From Bacillota bacterium (GTDB taxonomy: Bacteria > Bacillota > Clostridia > TANB77 > CAG-508), in contig CAWVEX010000003.1 in NCBI GenBank assembly GCA_963928415.1, forward strand, positions 10,632 through 74,631: 64,000 bases of DNA, written 5' to 3'. Below, in pieces: positions 38,101-46,691 of this stretch (position 1 is the stretch's first letter; every line of letters begins with the position of its first letter). Below the pieces are notes generated by a model, which was given only the letters and a program-made list of their open reading frames with translations, ran no database searches and was not told where the DNA came from. The position numbers and the translations under genes are program-made.

Positions 38101-38556
38101 GTAAAAGAAATGAAAGGTGAAAAAGGAGAAGAAGAGGAAGAAATCTCAATAGATTTAAATATTTCATCATATATTCCGGAAGAATATATAGAAGATTCTA
38201 GTCAAAAAATAGAGATTTACCAAGATATTGCTGGAGCAAAAACAGAAGAAGATATACAAAATATTATAGATGAAATAATAGATAGATACGGAGAAATGCC
38301 AAAAGAGGTATATAACTTGTTAGAAATTGCAAGAATCAAGAATTTGTGTAGAAAAGACAAAGTAAATAAAATGCAGCAAAAACAAAATGATGTAGTAATA
38401 TTCTTCAAAACGTTAAGTGATGAAAATTTAAGAGATATTATATTAAAATATAAGACTAAAGTTAGATTTTCACCAGGTGAAAAGCCATACATAACTCTAA
38501 GAATTGAAAAAGACGTAGTTAAAGAATTAAAAGAATTTTTAGAGAGTGTGAAGTGA
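35194..38556 (+). CDS. mfd: Transcription-repair coupling factor Mfd
   Basis: 1120 aa; CarD-like RID (GDYIVHKNHGIG), helicase motifs GDVGYGKTEVA, DEEHRFGV, TATPIPRT, QLYQIRGRVGRS, TRG/D7 region. Confidence 0.95.
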   Translation: MNYILRNLASTQKYKELKNKIQNKLYPVEISGLVPVAKTEVIGTLYEEERMPVCIITYNEMQAKEIVKNLGYFTDNVEYFPKREISIYDYDAESNDIEYARIQVLNNIFKGKTKLIVTTIEAIMQKMISKDILYNTVLKLKLADTISHEELKKYLIDMGYKRVDLIENKGEFSIRGDILDIGLSDSEGVRIEFWGDDIDSIRKFKISSQRSTDMLKTVEIYPATEFILEDNIQNVVKRIENLDNYSLEDLEIIQNGDYTTRIDKYFNEFYTKPVSFLDYLKDFYIFLDEPEKIKQRVEAIQNENENLIKALIEKEKPVPESLSNLNDYKLDFKEYVSLLEQDTLKNDFNTKEINLNKGDVKDLEERINEYTLNKKKVIILAGDKENTDKILRALNNRVSYADSLDNVNLKPGEAVISQGALTTGFEDKDTDLIVLSSDEFFYKNVRRKKVSDTFKSAEKIVFADLKVGDYIVHKNHGIGIFTGVNTIKVDGVTKDFIQLKYKDGDILYVPTEDLDNVRKYIGTEGNLQLNKLGTKDWEKTKAKVKGNLRAVAKELIELYARREKAKGFAFSKDTVFQKQFEDSFEYTETNDQLRCIEEVKKDMESPKPMDRLLCGDVGYGKTEVAIRAAFKAVMDSKQVAYLAPTTILASQQYQEFKERMKEYPIKIELLNRFKTKKEQKEIVEKLKQGKVDIVIGTHRILSKDVEFKDLGLLIIDEEHRFGVKDKEKIKQYKSTIDVLTMTATPIPRTLQMSVVGIRDMSVIYEPPQNRKPIQTYVLEYDKEVIKEAITKELERNGQIFYIYNIVESIARKADEISKLVPESRVAFAHGKMTGSEIEDIMQDFIDGKTNVLVCTTILESGIDIPNANTIIVENADRFGLAQLYQIRGRVGRSDKQAYAYITYKRDKMLSEDATQRLKAIKEFTEFGSGFKIATRDLQIRGAGSIFGEMQHGHIEQIGYDMYNKLLNEVVKEMKGEKGEEEEEISIDLNISSYIPEEYIEDSSQKIEIYQDIAGAKTEEDIQNIIDEIIDRYGEMPKEVYNLLEIARIKNLCRKDKVNKMQQKQNDVVIFFKTLSDENLRDIILKYKTKVRFSPGEKPYITLRIEKDVVKELKEFLESVK

Positions 38557-38652
38557 AGAGAATAATACTTTAAGTATTAGAGAGTTATTAAATACAATAT
38601 ATAAAATTCATAAAGTTTTAAATAAAGATATAGAAAATTGAATAAAAAAAGA

Positions 38653-38674
38653 ATGCCATGGAAGACCACGGCAT
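38653..38674 (-). terminator. Intrinsic terminator for the minus-strand 65-aa gene
   Basis: ATGCCATGG/CCACGGCAT stem (8 of 9 bp). The A7 run on the + strand gives a U-tract after the hairpin on the minus strand. Confidence 0.6.
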
Positions 38675-38706
38675 CAGGATTGTTGATTGAAACCTCATCT
38701 CTTTTA

Positions 38707-38904
38707 TTAAAGAAAAGAAGTCTGTTCCCAATTGGGAACGTCTGCAACTGGATTAGTCCCATTTTTTTCAATGCGATTGTTCGGAATGTCTATTCTCTGA
38801 CCATCAATGGTAACATAATGGTCGGGATATGGAGGCTTATATTTTTGAGGCGATTTACAATTGGCCTTTTTACGACAATTGCTACAAATTTGTCTCATAT
38901 CCAT
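38707..38904 (-). CDS. Small Cys/Pro-containing hypothetical protein in a GC-richer islet
   Basis: 65 aa (MDMRQICSNCRKKANCKSPQKYKPPYPDHY...). Own TTGTAA-17-TGgTATAAT promoter (38939-38967, minus strand), purine-rich SD and terminator. Visibly higher GC than the flanks. Confidence 0.45.
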   Translation of the reverse strand: MDMRQICSNCRKKANCKSPQKYKPPYPDHYVTIDGQRIDIPNNRIEKNGTNPVADVPNWEQTSFL

Positions 38905-38990
38905 AAAACATCAGTCCTTTTCACACAGATTAAAAATAATTATACCACAAAAATGAATAAATTACAAATTTTAGTTAGGAGAAAGATTTT

Positions 38991-39749
38991 ATGATTATTT
39001 CAAGTAAAGATAATGAAATAGTAAAAGAAATAAGAAAGCTAAAGGAAAAAAAGTTTAGAAAAGATAAATTTCTTATTGAAGGAATAAAAATGCTAGAAGA
39101 GGCAATAAATGAAAATGCAGATATTGATTTGATAGTACTAAGAGAAGGAACAGCTATTCAAAAAGATATATCTAGATTTAATAGTATAGTTGTAACAGAA
39201 AAAGTTTTTGATACATTAACTGATGTTGTTTCTCCTCAAGGAGTTTTAGGTATAATAAATAAAAAAAGTGATATAAAAATAGATGAATCAGCAGATTATA
39301 TCTTAGCATTAGATGGAATTCAAGACCCAGGAAATTTAGGAACAATTATAAGAACCGCAGATTCGGCAAACTTAAAACAAATAATAGTTTCAAAAAATAC
39401 AGTAGATAGCTTTTCTCCAAAAGTAATTAGGTCTACAATGGGAGCAATATATAGAGTAAATATAGTTGAAGTAGAAAATTTAGTAGAAACTTTAAAGAAC
39501 TTACAAAAAAATAACTTTAATATAATTACTACGTCACTAGATACAAATAACAGTATTTATGATATTTCTTACAATAAATCAGTTGTTGTTATAGGAAATG
39601 AGGCAAATGGAGTAAGTAAAGAAGTTCAAAATATAGCAGATTATAAAGTTAAAATACCTATGCTTGGAAAAACGGAAAGTTTAAATGCTTCAGTTGCAAC
39701 AGGAATAATGATTTATGAATATGTTAGGAGAATTATAAAAAATGATTGA
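38991..39749 (+). CDS. TrmH/SpoU-family RNA 2'-O-methyltransferase (RlmB-like)
   Basis: 252 aa; GIQDPGNLGTIIRTA, VVIGNEANGVS, ESLNASVATGIMIYE. Confidence 0.85.
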   Translation: MIISSKDNEIVKEIRKLKEKKFRKDKFLIEGIKMLEEAINENADIDLIVLREGTAIQKDISRFNSIVVTEKVFDTLTDVVSPQGVLGIINKKSDIKIDESADYILALDGIQDPGNLGTIIRTADSANLKQIIVSKNTVDSFSPKVIRSTMGAIYRVNIVEVENLVETLKNLQKNNFNIITTSLDTNNSIYDISYNKSVVVIGNEANGVSKEVQNIADYKVKIPMLGKTESLNASVATGIMIYEYVRRIIKND

Positions 39750-39819
39750 CATTATTGGTAAATAATAGTATAATTATTTTAGTATCAAATACCACGTTAT
39801 TCAAATGGACACAAAAAAA

Positions 39820-39839
39820 CTAGGAGTTGCAGCTCCTAG
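39820..39839. terminator. Bidirectional intrinsic terminator
   Basis: CTAGGAG/CTCCTAG stem flanked by A7 and T5. Confidence 0.75.
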
Positions 39840-39854
39840 TTTTTCTCTTTAGAT

Positions 39855-39926
39855 TTAGTCCTTTTCATTGTTAGATACAATTATGTATAAAATAATAAGA
39901 ACTAATATCTTTACCACTTCATTCAA
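39855..39926 (-). CDS. 23-codon hydrophobic peptide ORF (type I toxin-like), not in the ORF track
   Basis: AGGAGG, 8 nt, then TTG. (M)NEVVKILVLIILYIIVSNNEKD. The promoter is TAGACT-17-TGgTATACT (39965-39993). A 5' hairpin at 39938-39957 overlaps the SD. The terminator lies 15 nt after the stop. Confidence 0.4.
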   Translation of the reverse strand: MNEVVKILVLIILYIIVSNNEKD

Positions 39927-40052
39927 TATAGGCACCTCCTTTCTACCTATAGAAAGGTTTACATAGTATACCATAAAATGGAAACAAAGTCTATATATTT
40001 ATATAACTTTTAATATAATAATTATTAAAAAATTGCAATTATGGGGGGAAAA

Positions 40053-40496
40053 ATGAGATTAGTAGTACAAAGAGTAAAAAATGCAAAAGTAGAAGTTGAA
40101 AATAAAGTTGTTGGGAAAATTAATCATGGTTTTATGGTTTTAGTTGGAATAGGATTAAATGATACAGAAAAAGAAGCGGATTATTTAGCTAAAAAGTTAG
40201 TAAACTTAAGAATATTTGAAGATGAAGCAGGAAAAATGAATTTAAATATAAAAGATGTAAAAGGAGAACTTTTATTAATTTCTCAATTTACTTTGTATGC
40301 TGATTGTACAGGGGGAAATAGGCCATCATTTATAAATGCAGCAAAACCAGATAAAGCAAATGAACTTTATGAATATTTTTGCAAAAAATGTAGTGAAACT
40401 GTAACTGTTCAAAAAGGAATATTTAGAACACATATGGAAGTAACTCTTCAAAATAGTGGACCAGTAACTATATTATTAGAAAAGAATGCTTTATAG
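40053..40496 (+). CDS. dtd: D-aminoacyl-tRNA deacylase
   Basis: MRLVVQRV...GFMVLVGI...SQFTLYAD...GNRPSF. Confidence 0.9.
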   Translation: MRLVVQRVKNAKVEVENKVVGKINHGFMVLVGIGLNDTEKEADYLAKKLVNLRIFEDEAGKMNLNIKDVKGELLLISQFTLYADCTGGNRPSFINAAKPDKANELYEYFCKKCSETVTVQKGIFRTHMEVTLQNSGPVTILLEKNAL

Positions 40497-40736
40497 AGTA
40501 TAAATTAACCGAAAAGATAACTAAAATAAAAAGCAAAACTATAAATAGCACAAAATCAAATTAAAATTAAATAAAAAATTAAAAATAATAAAAACTCTCA
40601 AAAGTCTTGAAATTACCATAAAAACTGAGTATAATATAATATATTGAAAATAAAAAGCAGAAAGGAGAAAGCTATCAAAAAAATATAGTAATTTAGTTAA
40701 TTATTTACTAGATTTTAAGTTAGCTTAGCAATAAAA

Positions 40737-42494
40737 ATGTATAGAGATCATAATTGTGGAGAATTAAATATAAAAAATGTTGGAGAAAAAGTAATTTTAG
40801 CTGGATGGGTACAAAGAATTAGAAACTTAGGTTCTATGCAATTTGTAGATTTAAGAGATGAAAAAGGAATTACTCAACTTGTTATTTCTGATGAAGATTT
40901 AAAAAAGCAAATGTCAGAGATAAATCCAGAATCAGTTATAAGCATAGAGGGAAAAGTTGTAGAAAGATCAAATAAAAATCCTAAGATGCCAACTGGTGAA
41001 ATAGAAATAGAAACAAGTAAAATTACATTACTTGGAAAATGTAAGAGTACTTTACCTTTTGAAATAAACTCAGAAAAAATAGATATTAATAATGTAAGAG
41101 AAGATTTAAGACTACAATATAGATATTTAGACTTAAGAAATGATAGATTACACAAAACTATTTTATTACGTTCAAAAGTTATGAAATCTATTAGAAATAA
41201 AATGGATGAATTAGGATTTACTGAAATTCAAACACCAATTTTAGCTAATTCATCACCAGAAGGAGCAAGAGATTATTTAGTTCCAAGTAGAATTCATGCA
41301 GGAAAGTTTTATGCACTTCCACAAGCACCTCAACAATTTAAGCAACTTTTAATGGTATCAGGTTTTGATAAATATTATCAAATAGCTCCTTGTTTTAGAG
41401 ATGAAGATCCAAGAGCAGATAGAGCACCTGGAGAATTTTATCAATTAGATTTTGAATTATCTTTTGCTACACAAGAAGATGTTTTCAAAGTTATAGAAAA
41501 AGTAGCACCATATGTATTTAAAGAACATACAAATTGGAAAGTTAATGAGGGAGAATTTTTAAGAATTCCATATAAAGAAGCAATGGAGAAATATGGCATA
41601 GATAAACCAGATTTAAGAAATCCACTTATTATTCAAGATGCTACAAATTTATTTAAAAATACAGAATTCAATGCTTTTAAAAATAAAACAATTAAAGCAA
41701 TTGTAGTACCAAAAGGTGCTTCTCAGGGTAGAAAATTCTTTGATAATATGACAGAATATGCTGTAAATGAAGCAGGAGCTAAGGGCTTAGCCTGGGTTAA
41801 AGTTGATGAAGAAAATAACTTAACTGGAGGAATTTCTAAATTTATTACAGATGAAATAAAAACTGAACTTGGTGCTAAAGCAGGAGATAGTATTTTCTTT
41901 ATAGCAGATGAATTTAAAACTGCTCAAAAAATAGCAGGACTAGTTAGAATAGAATTAGGTAAGAGATTAGACTTAATTGAAAAAAATGTATATAAATTCT
42001 GCTTTATAGTAGATTTTCCAATGTATGAATATAATGAAGATGAAGAAAAAATAGACTTTAATCATAATCCGTTTTCTATGCCACAAGGAGGAATGGAAGC
42101 TTTAGAAAGCAAAGATCCTTTAGATATACTTGCATATCAATATGACTTGGTATGTAATGGCTATGAAATGGCATCTGGAGCTGTTAGAAATCATGATCCA
42201 GAAATAATGAAAAAAGCATTTGAAATAGCAGGGTATACAGAAGAAGATGTTAAACAAAAATTTGGAGCTTTATATACAGCATTCCAATATGGTACTCCAC
42301 CACATGCAGGTGCTGCACTAGGACTAGATAGAATGGTAATGCTTATTGCAGATTCAGATAATATAAGAGAAGTTATAGCATTCCCTAAAAACAAAAAAGC
42401 AAGAGACGTAATGATGAATGCTCCAAGCAAAGTTACAGAACAGCAATTAAAAGATGTACATATTAAAGTAACTGAATTTGAGGAAGATGAATAA
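40737..42494 (+). CDS. aspS: Aspartate--tRNA ligase (bacterial type)
   Basis: 585 aa; N-terminal OB, motif 1-3 regions (FYALPQAPQQFKQ, FRDEDPRADR, GLDRMVML), GAD insertion. Confidence 0.95.
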   Translation: MYRDHNCGELNIKNVGEKVILAGWVQRIRNLGSMQFVDLRDEKGITQLVISDEDLKKQMSEINPESVISIEGKVVERSNKNPKMPTGEIEIETSKITLLGKCKSTLPFEINSEKIDINNVREDLRLQYRYLDLRNDRLHKTILLRSKVMKSIRNKMDELGFTEIQTPILANSSPEGARDYLVPSRIHAGKFYALPQAPQQFKQLLMVSGFDKYYQIAPCFRDEDPRADRAPGEFYQLDFELSFATQEDVFKVIEKVAPYVFKEHTNWKVNEGEFLRIPYKEAMEKYGIDKPDLRNPLIIQDATNLFKNTEFNAFKNKTIKAIVVPKGASQGRKFFDNMTEYAVNEAGAKGLAWVKVDEENNLTGGISKFITDEIKTELGAKAGDSIFFIADEFKTAQKIAGLVRIELGKRLDLIEKNVYKFCFIVDFPMYEYNEDEEKIDFNHNPFSMPQGGMEALESKDPLDILAYQYDLVCNGYEMASGAVRNHDPEIMKKAFEIAGYTEEDVKQKFGALYTAFQYGTPPHAGAALGLDRMVMLIADSDNIREVIAFPKNKKARDVMMNAPSKVTEQQLKDVHIKVTEFEEDE

Positions 42495-42499
42495 TAAAA

Positions 42500-42530
42500 G
42501 GGCGGTGGGCCTTAAATGGCACCACCGCCC
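42500..42530 (+). terminator. GC-rich hairpin after aspS (probable terminator, weak U-tract)
   Basis: GGGCGGTGG/CCACCGCCC stem. Confidence 0.55.
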
Positions 42531-42665
42531 ATATAACTATAAAAAATGAAATGGTGTTATACAAGCTTATTTATGCAAAATTATATAAAATACTAAATAC
42601 TATAAATCTTTCAAATAATCTTGAAATATAAAAAATATTGTGGTATAAAATAATAGGAGAAGTAT

Positions 42666-43688
42666 ATGAAAAATATAAAAGACTACAATTTAGAAGAATT
42701 AAAACAAGAATTAATATCGTTAGGAGAAAAGCCATTTAGGGCAGAGCAAATATTTAAATGGTTATATATTGAAAAAGTTCATAGTTTTGATGAAATGACT
42801 AATTTATCTTTAGAATTAAGAGAAAAATTAAAACAAAATTATGATATTTGTAATTTTAGTATAGTAAAGAAACTTGAATCAAAAGATGGTACTAAAAAAT
42901 ATCTATTCGGTTTAAGGGATGGTAATGCAATAGAATCAGTTCTTATGCAATATCACTTTGGTAAAACTGTTTGTGTATCTTCACAAATAGGATGTAAAAT
43001 GGGATGCAAATTTTGTGCATCAACAGGAATTGCGTTTGTTAGAAGTTTAACGTCAGGAGAAATTGTAGAGCAAATAATTGCTATTGAGCAAGATATAGGT
43101 GAAAATATTTCAAATGTTGTTTTTATGGGAATAGGAGAACCTTTTGATAATTATGATAATGTAATGAATGCTATTAAAATATTAAATAATCAAAAGGGAT
43201 TAAATATAGGAGCAAGACATATAAGTGTTTCTACTAGTGGATTAGTTCCAAAGATTTATCAGTTTGCAGATGAAAATATTCAATGTACATTATCAATTTC
43301 ACTTCATAGTGCAAATAATGAGACAAGAAGTAGTATGATGCCAGTAAACAATGCATATAATATACAAGAGTTAATAAAAGCTTGTAAATATTATATTAGC
43401 AAAACAAATAAAAGAATTTCATTTGAATATGCATTAGCAAAAGATAATAACGATAACAAAAAAGCAGCTGATGAACTAGTAGCACTATTACATGGAATGT
43501 TATGCCACGTAAATTTAATTCCTATAAACAAAATTGAAAACGGAAAATACATAAAAAGTTCTAATGAAAACATAATAAAGTTTAGAGATTACTTAAATAG
43601 TAAAGGAATCACAGCAACTATTCGTAGAGAATTGGGATCAGATATTGAAGCGGCATGCGGACAATTAAGAAGAAAGAATTTGAAATAG
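42666..43688 (+). CDS. rlmN: 23S rRNA/tRNA A2503-C2 methyltransferase RlmN (radical SAM)
   Basis: FRAEQIFKWLY, radical-SAM CKMGCKFC, C-terminal AACGQL. Confidence 0.95.
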   Translation: MKNIKDYNLEELKQELISLGEKPFRAEQIFKWLYIEKVHSFDEMTNLSLELREKLKQNYDICNFSIVKKLESKDGTKKYLFGLRDGNAIESVLMQYHFGKTVCVSSQIGCKMGCKFCASTGIAFVRSLTSGEIVEQIIAIEQDIGENISNVVFMGIGEPFDNYDNVMNAIKILNNQKGLNIGARHISVSTSGLVPKIYQFADENIQCTLSISLHSANNETRSSMMPVNNAYNIQELIKACKYYISKTNKRISFEYALAKDNNDNKKAADELVALLHGMLCHVNLIPINKIENGKYIKSSNENIIKFRDYLNSKGITATIRRELGSDIEAACGQLRRKNLK

Positions 43689-43765
43689 AAAAATTTTACG
43701 TTGGGGACGGACCTTTTCGTAAAATATTAAAAAGGTCTGTACAAATTGTAAAATAGGAGGAAAAT

Positions 43766-44494
43766 ATGATACAAGCTTTTGCAACTTCAGATATAGGAAA
43801 AGCTAGACAACTAAATGAAGATTCATATTTTGCATCTAAACCAGATGATGAAATAAAATTATTTATTGTAGCAGATGGTATGGGTGGATATAAAGGCGGA
43901 GAAATTGCAAGCAGTTTAGCAGTTAATTCAGCCAGAAATTACATCTTAAGCAATTTTGAAAAGTCTAAAATAGACAAAGAAACATTACTTAGCTTAGTAA
44001 AAAGTAGTAGCCAATATGCAAATATGGTGGTGTATGAAAAGTCTAAAGAAAATGAAGAGCTAAAGAATATGGGAACCACTTTAGATGTTTGCTTAATATA
44101 TGAAAATAAAGCTTTTATATCTCATATTGGAGATAGCAGAATATATAGAATTAGAAAAGAATTTATGAGAAAACTTACAAAAGACCACAGTTATGTTCAA
44201 CAATTAGTAGATGAAGGAAAGATAACAAAAGAAGAAAGTATAAATCATCCAAAAAAGAATATGCTTATAAAAGCATTAGGATGTACAGAATTTATTGAAC
44301 CAGATAGTATGATAAAAGGATTTATTAAAGGTGATATAATTTTAATGTGCACAGATGGTTTAACCAATATGGTAAGTGAACAGGAGATTTTCAATATATT
44401 AAAAACAAATTTAGTAAACCCATCTGAAGAGCTTATTAATAAAGCAAATGAAAAAGGTGGACTCGATAATATTACAGCATTAATCATAAAGTAA
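43766..44494 (+). CDS. prpC: PP2C-family Ser/Thr phosphatase (PrpC/Stp)
   Basis: NEDSY...VADGMGG...GTT...HIGDSR...TDGL motifs, in the conserved position before prkC. Confidence 0.9.
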   Translation: MIQAFATSDIGKARQLNEDSYFASKPDDEIKLFIVADGMGGYKGGEIASSLAVNSARNYILSNFEKSKIDKETLLSLVKSSSQYANMVVYEKSKENEELKNMGTTLDVCLIYENKAFISHIGDSRIYRIRKEFMRKLTKDHSYVQQLVDEGKITKEESINHPKKNMLIKALGCTEFIEPDSMIKGFIKGDIILMCTDGLTNMVSEQEIFNILKTNLVNPSEELINKANEKGGLDNITALIIK

Positions 44495-44507
44495 GGAGAA
44501 TGTGATT

Positions 44508-46499
44508 ATGAATTTGATAGGAAAGATAATAGGAAATAGGTATGAAATTCTTGAAGAAGTTGGCCTTGGTGGAATGGCGACTGTGTACAAAGCAAAAGAC
44601 CATGTATTAAATAGATTAGTTGCAGTAAAAGTCCTAAAAGATGAATTTACAACAGATACAGAGTTTATAAAAAGATTTAATACTGAAGCGCAAGCAGCCG
44701 CAAGTCTTTCACATCCCAATATAGTATCAATATATGATGTAGGGCACGAAGATGAAAATAATTTATACTATATAGTAATGGAACTTGTACAAGGTAAAAC
44801 ATTAAAAGAAATAATTCATAGTGAAGGTGTACTTTCTTGGAAATGGGCTGTTAATATTGCTATGCAAATTGCATCAGCATTAGAATTAGCACACAAAAAT
44901 GGAATAATTCATAGAGATATAAAGCCACATAATATAATAATTACTGAAGATGGTATTGCAAAAGTTACAGACTTTGGTATTGCTAAAGCAGTTTCTAATT
45001 CTACAATAACAGCATTTGGAACAACGATAGGCTCAGTACATTATTTTTCACCAGAACAAGCAAAAGGTGGATTTACTGATGCTAAATCAGATTTATATTC
45101 TTTAGGTGTTGTAATGTATGAAATGCTTACTGGAAAAGTACCATTTGATGCAGATACACCAGTATCAGTAGCTCTAAAACATATGCAAGAAGAACCAAAA
45201 GAACCAATAGAATTAAATCCAGAAATACCAACTGCAGTAAATCAAATAGTTATTAAAGCAATGCAAAAAGAACCATCAGCTAGATATCAAAATGCAACAG
45301 AAATGCTTCATGATTTAAGTAAAGCATTAAAAGACCCAGATGGAGATTTTGTCATTATAGAAAATAAAGATGGCGGTTATACAAGAGTAATGCCAGCAAT
45401 ATCTGATGATCAAATAAAGCAAAATAAAAAGGAAGAAGTTAAAACAAAAACGAATTTCTTTACTGAACATCCAAAAGCAAAAATTGCAATTATAATATTA
45501 AGCTTAGTTTTATTATTTGTTGTAGTATTCTTAATTACTAAAATTGTAATAGATGGCGGAATTAAGTCAAAAGTAGATATGCCTAACTTAGTTGGAAAAA
45601 CATTAGAAGAAGCACAGAATACAGCAGATGATTTAGGACTAACTTTAGAGTCAACTGAAGTTGCAAGTAGTGATGTAGAAGAAGGAAAAATAGTATCACA
45701 AGATCCAGAATATTCTGAAACAAAGATTGAAAAAGGTTCAACAATTAAAGTAAATGTAAGTAAAGGACCTGAACAAAACGAACTTCCAAAATTAGAAGGT
45801 ATGAAAATAGAAGATGCTAGAAAGACTGCTGAAACTTTAGGTATAACATTAAAAGAAGAAACAGAAAATAGTGATACTGTTGAAGCAGGAGTAATAATAA
45901 AGCAAGATACAACAGTAGGAACATTGGTAAAATCAGGAGATACAGTAACAGTACATGTAAGTGCAGGAGTAGAGAAAGTAAAAGTTCCAACAGTAGTAGG
46001 AATGGATGAAGGAACAGCCTTAGCAACACTTAAAAATGCAGGATTAAATCCAAAAGTTACTTATGAAAGTAATGAAGAAAAAGAAGATGGAAAAGTAATT
46101 TCTCAAAGTATAGAAGAAAATACTGAAACAGCTAAAAATTCAGAAATTACTATAGTTGTAAATAAAATAGTTAAAGAACAAAAAACAGTGAATGTAATTG
46201 TTGATGTTAAATCTATTGTAGGAAGCAGTTCATCACAAAATACTAATACAAGCAAAAATGAAACAAATGAAATTGCTGATACAGTTAATGTAACTATTTC
46301 AATTGACGGAGTTGAAAAAACACAAAATAAAGCAAGTATTACTGATTCTTCATTTAAAGCATACTCATATACATCAACAGGAACTCATGAAATAACAGTA
46401 AAAGTTGGTTCATCATATACAAGAACAAGAAAAATAAATTTTGATGAATCAGATAATAATAGAAATGTAATATTTGATAAAAATACAGCAAGTGATTAA
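44508..46499 (+). CDS. prkC: Ser/Thr kinase PrkC with three PASTA repeats
   Basis: GGMATVYKA, HRDIKPHN, DFGIA, one TM, PASTA units (VDMPNLVGKTLEEA..., LPKLEGMKIEDA..., VPTVVGMDEGTA...). The ATG at 44508 is better spaced from the SD than the GTG at 44502. Confidence 0.9.
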   Translation: MNLIGKIIGNRYEILEEVGLGGMATVYKAKDHVLNRLVAVKVLKDEFTTDTEFIKRFNTEAQAAASLSHPNIVSIYDVGHEDENNLYYIVMELVQGKTLKEIIHSEGVLSWKWAVNIAMQIASALELAHKNGIIHRDIKPHNIIITEDGIAKVTDFGIAKAVSNSTITAFGTTIGSVHYFSPEQAKGGFTDAKSDLYSLGVVMYEMLTGKVPFDADTPVSVALKHMQEEPKEPIELNPEIPTAVNQIVIKAMQKEPSARYQNATEMLHDLSKALKDPDGDFVIIENKDGGYTRVMPAISDDQIKQNKKEEVKTKTNFFTEHPKAKIAIIILSLVLLFVVVFLITKIVIDGGIKSKVDMPNLVGKTLEEAQNTADDLGLTLESTEVASSDVEEGKIVSQDPEYSETKIEKGSTIKVNVSKGPEQNELPKLEGMKIEDARKTAETLGITLKEETENSDTVEAGVIIKQDTTVGTLVKSGDTVTVHVSAGVEKVKVPTVVGMDEGTALATLKNAGLNPKVTYESNEEKEDGKVISQSIEENTETAKNSEITIVVNKIVKEQKTVNVIVDVKSIVGSSSSQNTNTSKNETNEIADTVNVTISIDGVEKTQNKASITDSSFKAYSYTSTGTHEITVKVGSSYTRTRKINFDESDNNRNVIFDKNTASD

Positions 46500-46507
46500 T
46501 AAACAAA

Positions 46508-46546
46508 CTTCATAATATGCTAAAAAAGTATATTATGAAGTTTTTT
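46508..46546 (+). terminator. Intrinsic terminator of the prkC operon segment
   Basis: Perfect 11-bp stem CTTCATAATAT/ATATTATGAAG followed by T6. Confidence 0.8.
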
Positions 46547-46691
46547 CTAAATAAAAAACTTGTGTATATAAAGAAATTTATTATTATAATTATTTTTAAT
46601 AAATCATAATTTATATAAAAAACAAGAATGTTTAATTATTTATAAATATATGATATAATTATTATGTTATAAAAAATATAGAGGAGTATTA

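Noticed and set aside
38638-38994. 118-aa + strand ORF overlapping the GC-richer islet
   Set aside because: It has a TTG start inside an A-run and no SD. It runs through a hairpin whose U-tract orientation serves the minus strand. The hydrophobic, Leu/Ile/Phe-rich product looks like the antisense of the better-supported minus-strand 65-aa gene. The call remains uncertain.
40497-40736. T-box or other leader upstream of aspS
   Set aside because: I looked for the GGTGGNACC T-box core and for a terminator/antiterminator pair and found neither. Only a TTGAAA-17-TATAAT promoter candidate is present.
45817-46029. 70-aa poly-Leu minus-strand ORF
   Set aside because: It is the antisense reading of GAA/AAG-rich codons in the PASTA region of prkC.
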